DNA from: Eledone cirrhosa
Taxonomy: Eukaryota
Length of the DNA stretch: 64,000 bases
Assembly: GCA_964016885.1 (NCBI GenBank)
Contig: OZ024741.1
Span: 309,628,001 to 309,692,000 of the forward strand
Direction of reading: 5' to 3'
Below the pieces are notes generated by a model, which saw nothing but the letters and a program-made list of their open reading frames with translations, did no database searches and was not told the origin of the DNA. The position numbers were made by a program, and so were the translations under genes. Shown here piece after piece: positions 60,819 through 64,000 of the stretch. Numbering within the stretch: position 1 is the first letter of the stretch; each line of letters starts with the position of its first letter.

Positions 60819-62062
60819 GGATCTCACTGACATCACTTGTGGCAAAGACTCTCAACAGGATGATTCTTAACAGGATCCAGCCTGAGATGGAGAAGAAACT
60901 TAGGGACAACCAGAACGGCTTCAGAGAGGGAAGATCAACCACCAGTCACATCCTGATGCTGAGGAGAATTTTAAAAGGATCTAGAGCAAAGAGCCTTCCT
61001 GCTGTCATGGTTTTCATTGACTTCAGGAAGGCCTTTGATTCTGTGGGCTGTCACTGCCTGATGAAGATCTTACAGGCTTATGGAATCCCCAAGAAGATAG
61101 TGGACCTGATATCACTGCTCTACACCAATACCAGAGCCCAAGTCATTACACCTGACAGGATGATGGTGTTCTTTGAGATACTTGCTGGAGTGCTCCAGGG
61201 CAATACATTGGCTCCCTACCTTTTTATCATAACAGTGGACTATTGCATGTGCCTTGCACTGGAGAAACACCAGGACTCCGGATTTACTGTAGCACTGGCT
61301 CAGAGCAGGAGAGATAAGGCTAAAAATATATCAGATGCTGAATTTGCCGATGACATAGTTCTGGTGACAAACACAGTGAAGGAGGCAGAGGATTTGATAC
61401 AGGAGATGGAGACTGTGTCGATGAGTGTGGGGCTGAGAATGAATGAGAGTAAGACGAAGTATCTGGTAGAGAACATTAAGAAGCCAGAGAAGATTATGAA
61501 CGTAGGTGGGAAGCCACTAGAGTTGGTTGAGGACTTCCTGTATCTGGGAGCAAATATTGGGAACACAGAGGTTGTGGTGGAGAGGAAGAGCAAAGCCTGG
61601 GCAGCGTGTCACAGTTTGAGGTCAGTGTGGAAGTCAGACCTTCATAAAATCCTGAAGATCCGTCTGTTCGTCGCTACAGTGGAGTCTGTGCTGCTGTACG
61701 GGTCTGAGACTTGGACACTGACCAAGCGACTCACTCAGATGGTGGATGGGTGCTACACAAGAATTCTGAGGATGGCTCTGAACAGAGCTGTACGGGAGCC
61801 TCCCGAAAGTCAGCTCAAAAATAACACAGAGGAGACTGAGGTTAGTTGGACATGTCACTGACATTCAGAGTTGACATTGCACTCAGTGGTCCTGTGGGAG
61901 CCCCTACACAGATACACTACAATAGGGAGACTGAGGATGACATATATTCATGCCCTAAGGACAGACACTGGTCTCTGGGAGACACAGGACATGGTGGCAA
62001 TGATGAAGAGACCGCTGGATAGAACTCGTCCATGGATCTCGGGAATCCCCCACCCCTCCTAG
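60819..62062 (+). mobile_element. 5'-truncated RTE LINE, same family as 12274-15581
   Basis: Highly similar RT sequence (QPEMEKKLRDNQNGFREGRSTTSHIL, FADD). Confidence 0.92.
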
Positions 62063-63365
62063 ATATACACAAATATATAGAAGGGAAAGCAGACATTAAA
62101 TTGACAATGATAATGATGGTGATATATATATATATATTATATATATGTGCGTGTGTTGCAGCATTGAGGCTACCAGGATATGTCCTGATTTTATGATCCG
62201 CTCTGTAGCACGATTTGTGATGCTGTTGTACCCAGCGACAGTGATGAGGGTGGCGGGTGTTGATGATTTTGATAGTGGTAGTGATTGTTGCAGTAATGAT
62301 GGTGGTGTTAGTGATAGTGATTGGTATGAATCAATATTTTTGTAAGGTGCAGAAGAAGTGGAAGAGGAGGAGGAAGAAAAAAGAGTGACGGTGAAGTGGG
62401 AGGGAGAAAGGTTCACGATGACCATCTATTAGAATTGTTAGTATAACTCATTACATAATGAAAACCACGATCACCACAGGGGGGTAGGGGGGTAGCAGTG
62501 ATGATGGTGGTGGAGATGAAAGGAGTGATAGTGTGGGAAGAGGGGCTCAGAATTGGAAGGCAGTTGAGAAGACAGATGTGATTTCTGCTTATTCTGTTGT
62601 TATTTAGCACCAAGTCAACCCTAATCGAACAGACCTATCATCAAAAGCCTTCTACGTGAGGAGTATGAGTAACTACATTATCTAATGTAATCCTTGTTTA
62701 TATAAGATGATGGGAGAGGGGTTGATTTGAAGGAAATTTGGCTGATATTTCTAGTAGATGGACTAACCAATGAGGTTCACTTGTTTGTTGTATAGCCCCA
62801 AGTCAACTCTGATTAGGCAGATGAATGATCAAAGATTTCCAGTCATGAAGACTATGTCTTTATCTTATGTGTCTCTTCTTATTCAAGAATAGTGGACTCA
62901 TGCCATCAATAATGATAGCAATAACTTTGAACATTTTTAATTTTAGGAGTTCAGGATTGGTATGCCATGTATAGCAAGATTGCTGATCTATGAACAATCA
63001 TACAACAAACACAAGCTTTTTAAAGTCATTTTCTCCAATAAAGCATAGGTTAGCCTGGTGAGCCCCATGACATGGGGACCTTTGTGAGGCAAGGTTTTAC
63101 AGCTGGATGTCTTTCCTAGTGCCTCTCATGGCATGCAGGAATATGTTTAACAAAGGGTATTTTTTGAGAAATTGTTAGATGGGATTAACATGATTGTTAG
63201 ATGTAATAACATGGTTGTTGTTGAAATAACAAGAATGGCCGATTTAGTTTATATATAAAGGTTTACTTCACTTGAGTCAAAAAGAACAATAAACATATTA
63301 CCACGAGTTGCAAAGGTTGACAATGTTATTTTTGTTGTTGGTTCATGAGGCTGATTTAGTCTGCA

Positions 63366-63980
63366 CTAAGAGAGAGAGATAATGGTCTGTAGTTTACTGT
63401 AGATAGCGGTGAATCCTTCACATAGCTGGTCTGTATCGTAGTGCTCCGATCTCTCTGTATTTCTGTAGACCTCTGGGGCCTGAAGGTAGCGGTGAATCTT
63501 TACATAGTTTGTTGCTAGCGTAATGCTCCAATCTCTCTGTGTGTAAGGTGGGAAAATATAGGCTTTATATACCTGTCGCTTTCTGTCTCCCACCTTGAGG
63601 GGATAGCCCATGCATGAACCTGTTAACACCAAAAGGGTGGTGACCTAGAATTTGAACTTTAGGTGTCACCCAAGGTTCAAGGCATGGACAGATTTCACTA
63701 CATATGTATTATTGCATACCACCAAAGATCTCAATCCTATGTCATTGTCTTTGAGAGGTGCATTCGTGCAACGTCAGCTTTTACCACATCATCCCAGGTC
63801 TTCCTACTCCACAGCTTTCATCAACTTTGATCACCCTGTACTTTTTTATAGAGCTGTCATCCTTCATACTCATCACATGGCCATACCAATGCAATCTTCT
63901 CTTCTGCATACTGCATCTGATCCCTCTTATGCCCAATGTCTCTTTCAGTTCATTTACGCTTGCCATTCGTATTGGTACTC
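63366..63980 (-). pseudogene. Degenerate RTE LINE 3' fragments
   Basis: KRQVYKAY..YLQAPEV and RRLHWYGHVM. Confidence 0.65.
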
Positions 63981-64000
63981 TTAATATTAATATCTACAAA

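Noticed and set aside
62096-62613. Possible exon(s) of a - strand gene
   Set aside because: The ORFs are low-complexity and in different frames, with no convincing splice signals or recognisable homology.

Overview
This is a repeat-dense animal genomic window with no prokaryotic features. The repeat families and the CAT/TA microsatellites resemble octopod cephalopod DNA, which is an inference from memory. One host gene is recognisable: the 3' half of ERMARD (C6orf70-like, HEPN/DUF4209 motif RDRVSHG), on the + strand as 10-11 small phase-consistent exons from 7665 to about 45256. The ORF track does not assemble it. The rest is nested mobile DNA: several Penelope-like elements (RT + GIY-YIG), an R4/Dong-type LINE inserted in a TAA repeat, RTE-clade LINEs, tRNA-derived SINEs, non-autonomous Helitrons, mariner/hAT/piggyBac MITEs, a 3.8-kb 25-bp satellite and an 8.1-kb GTGGCAGTGGTW array. 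The most notable findings are (i) a set of minimal type I hammerhead ribozyme motifs, several in inverted-repeat (fold-back) Penelope structures and one in a 439-bp retrozyme-like unit carrying octamer repeats; (ii) a near full-length RTE LINE with twin-priming-type 5' inversion and intact TSD; (iii) a satellite that appears to have arisen from a piggyBac MITE terminus. All calls were made by eye, with no searches run.
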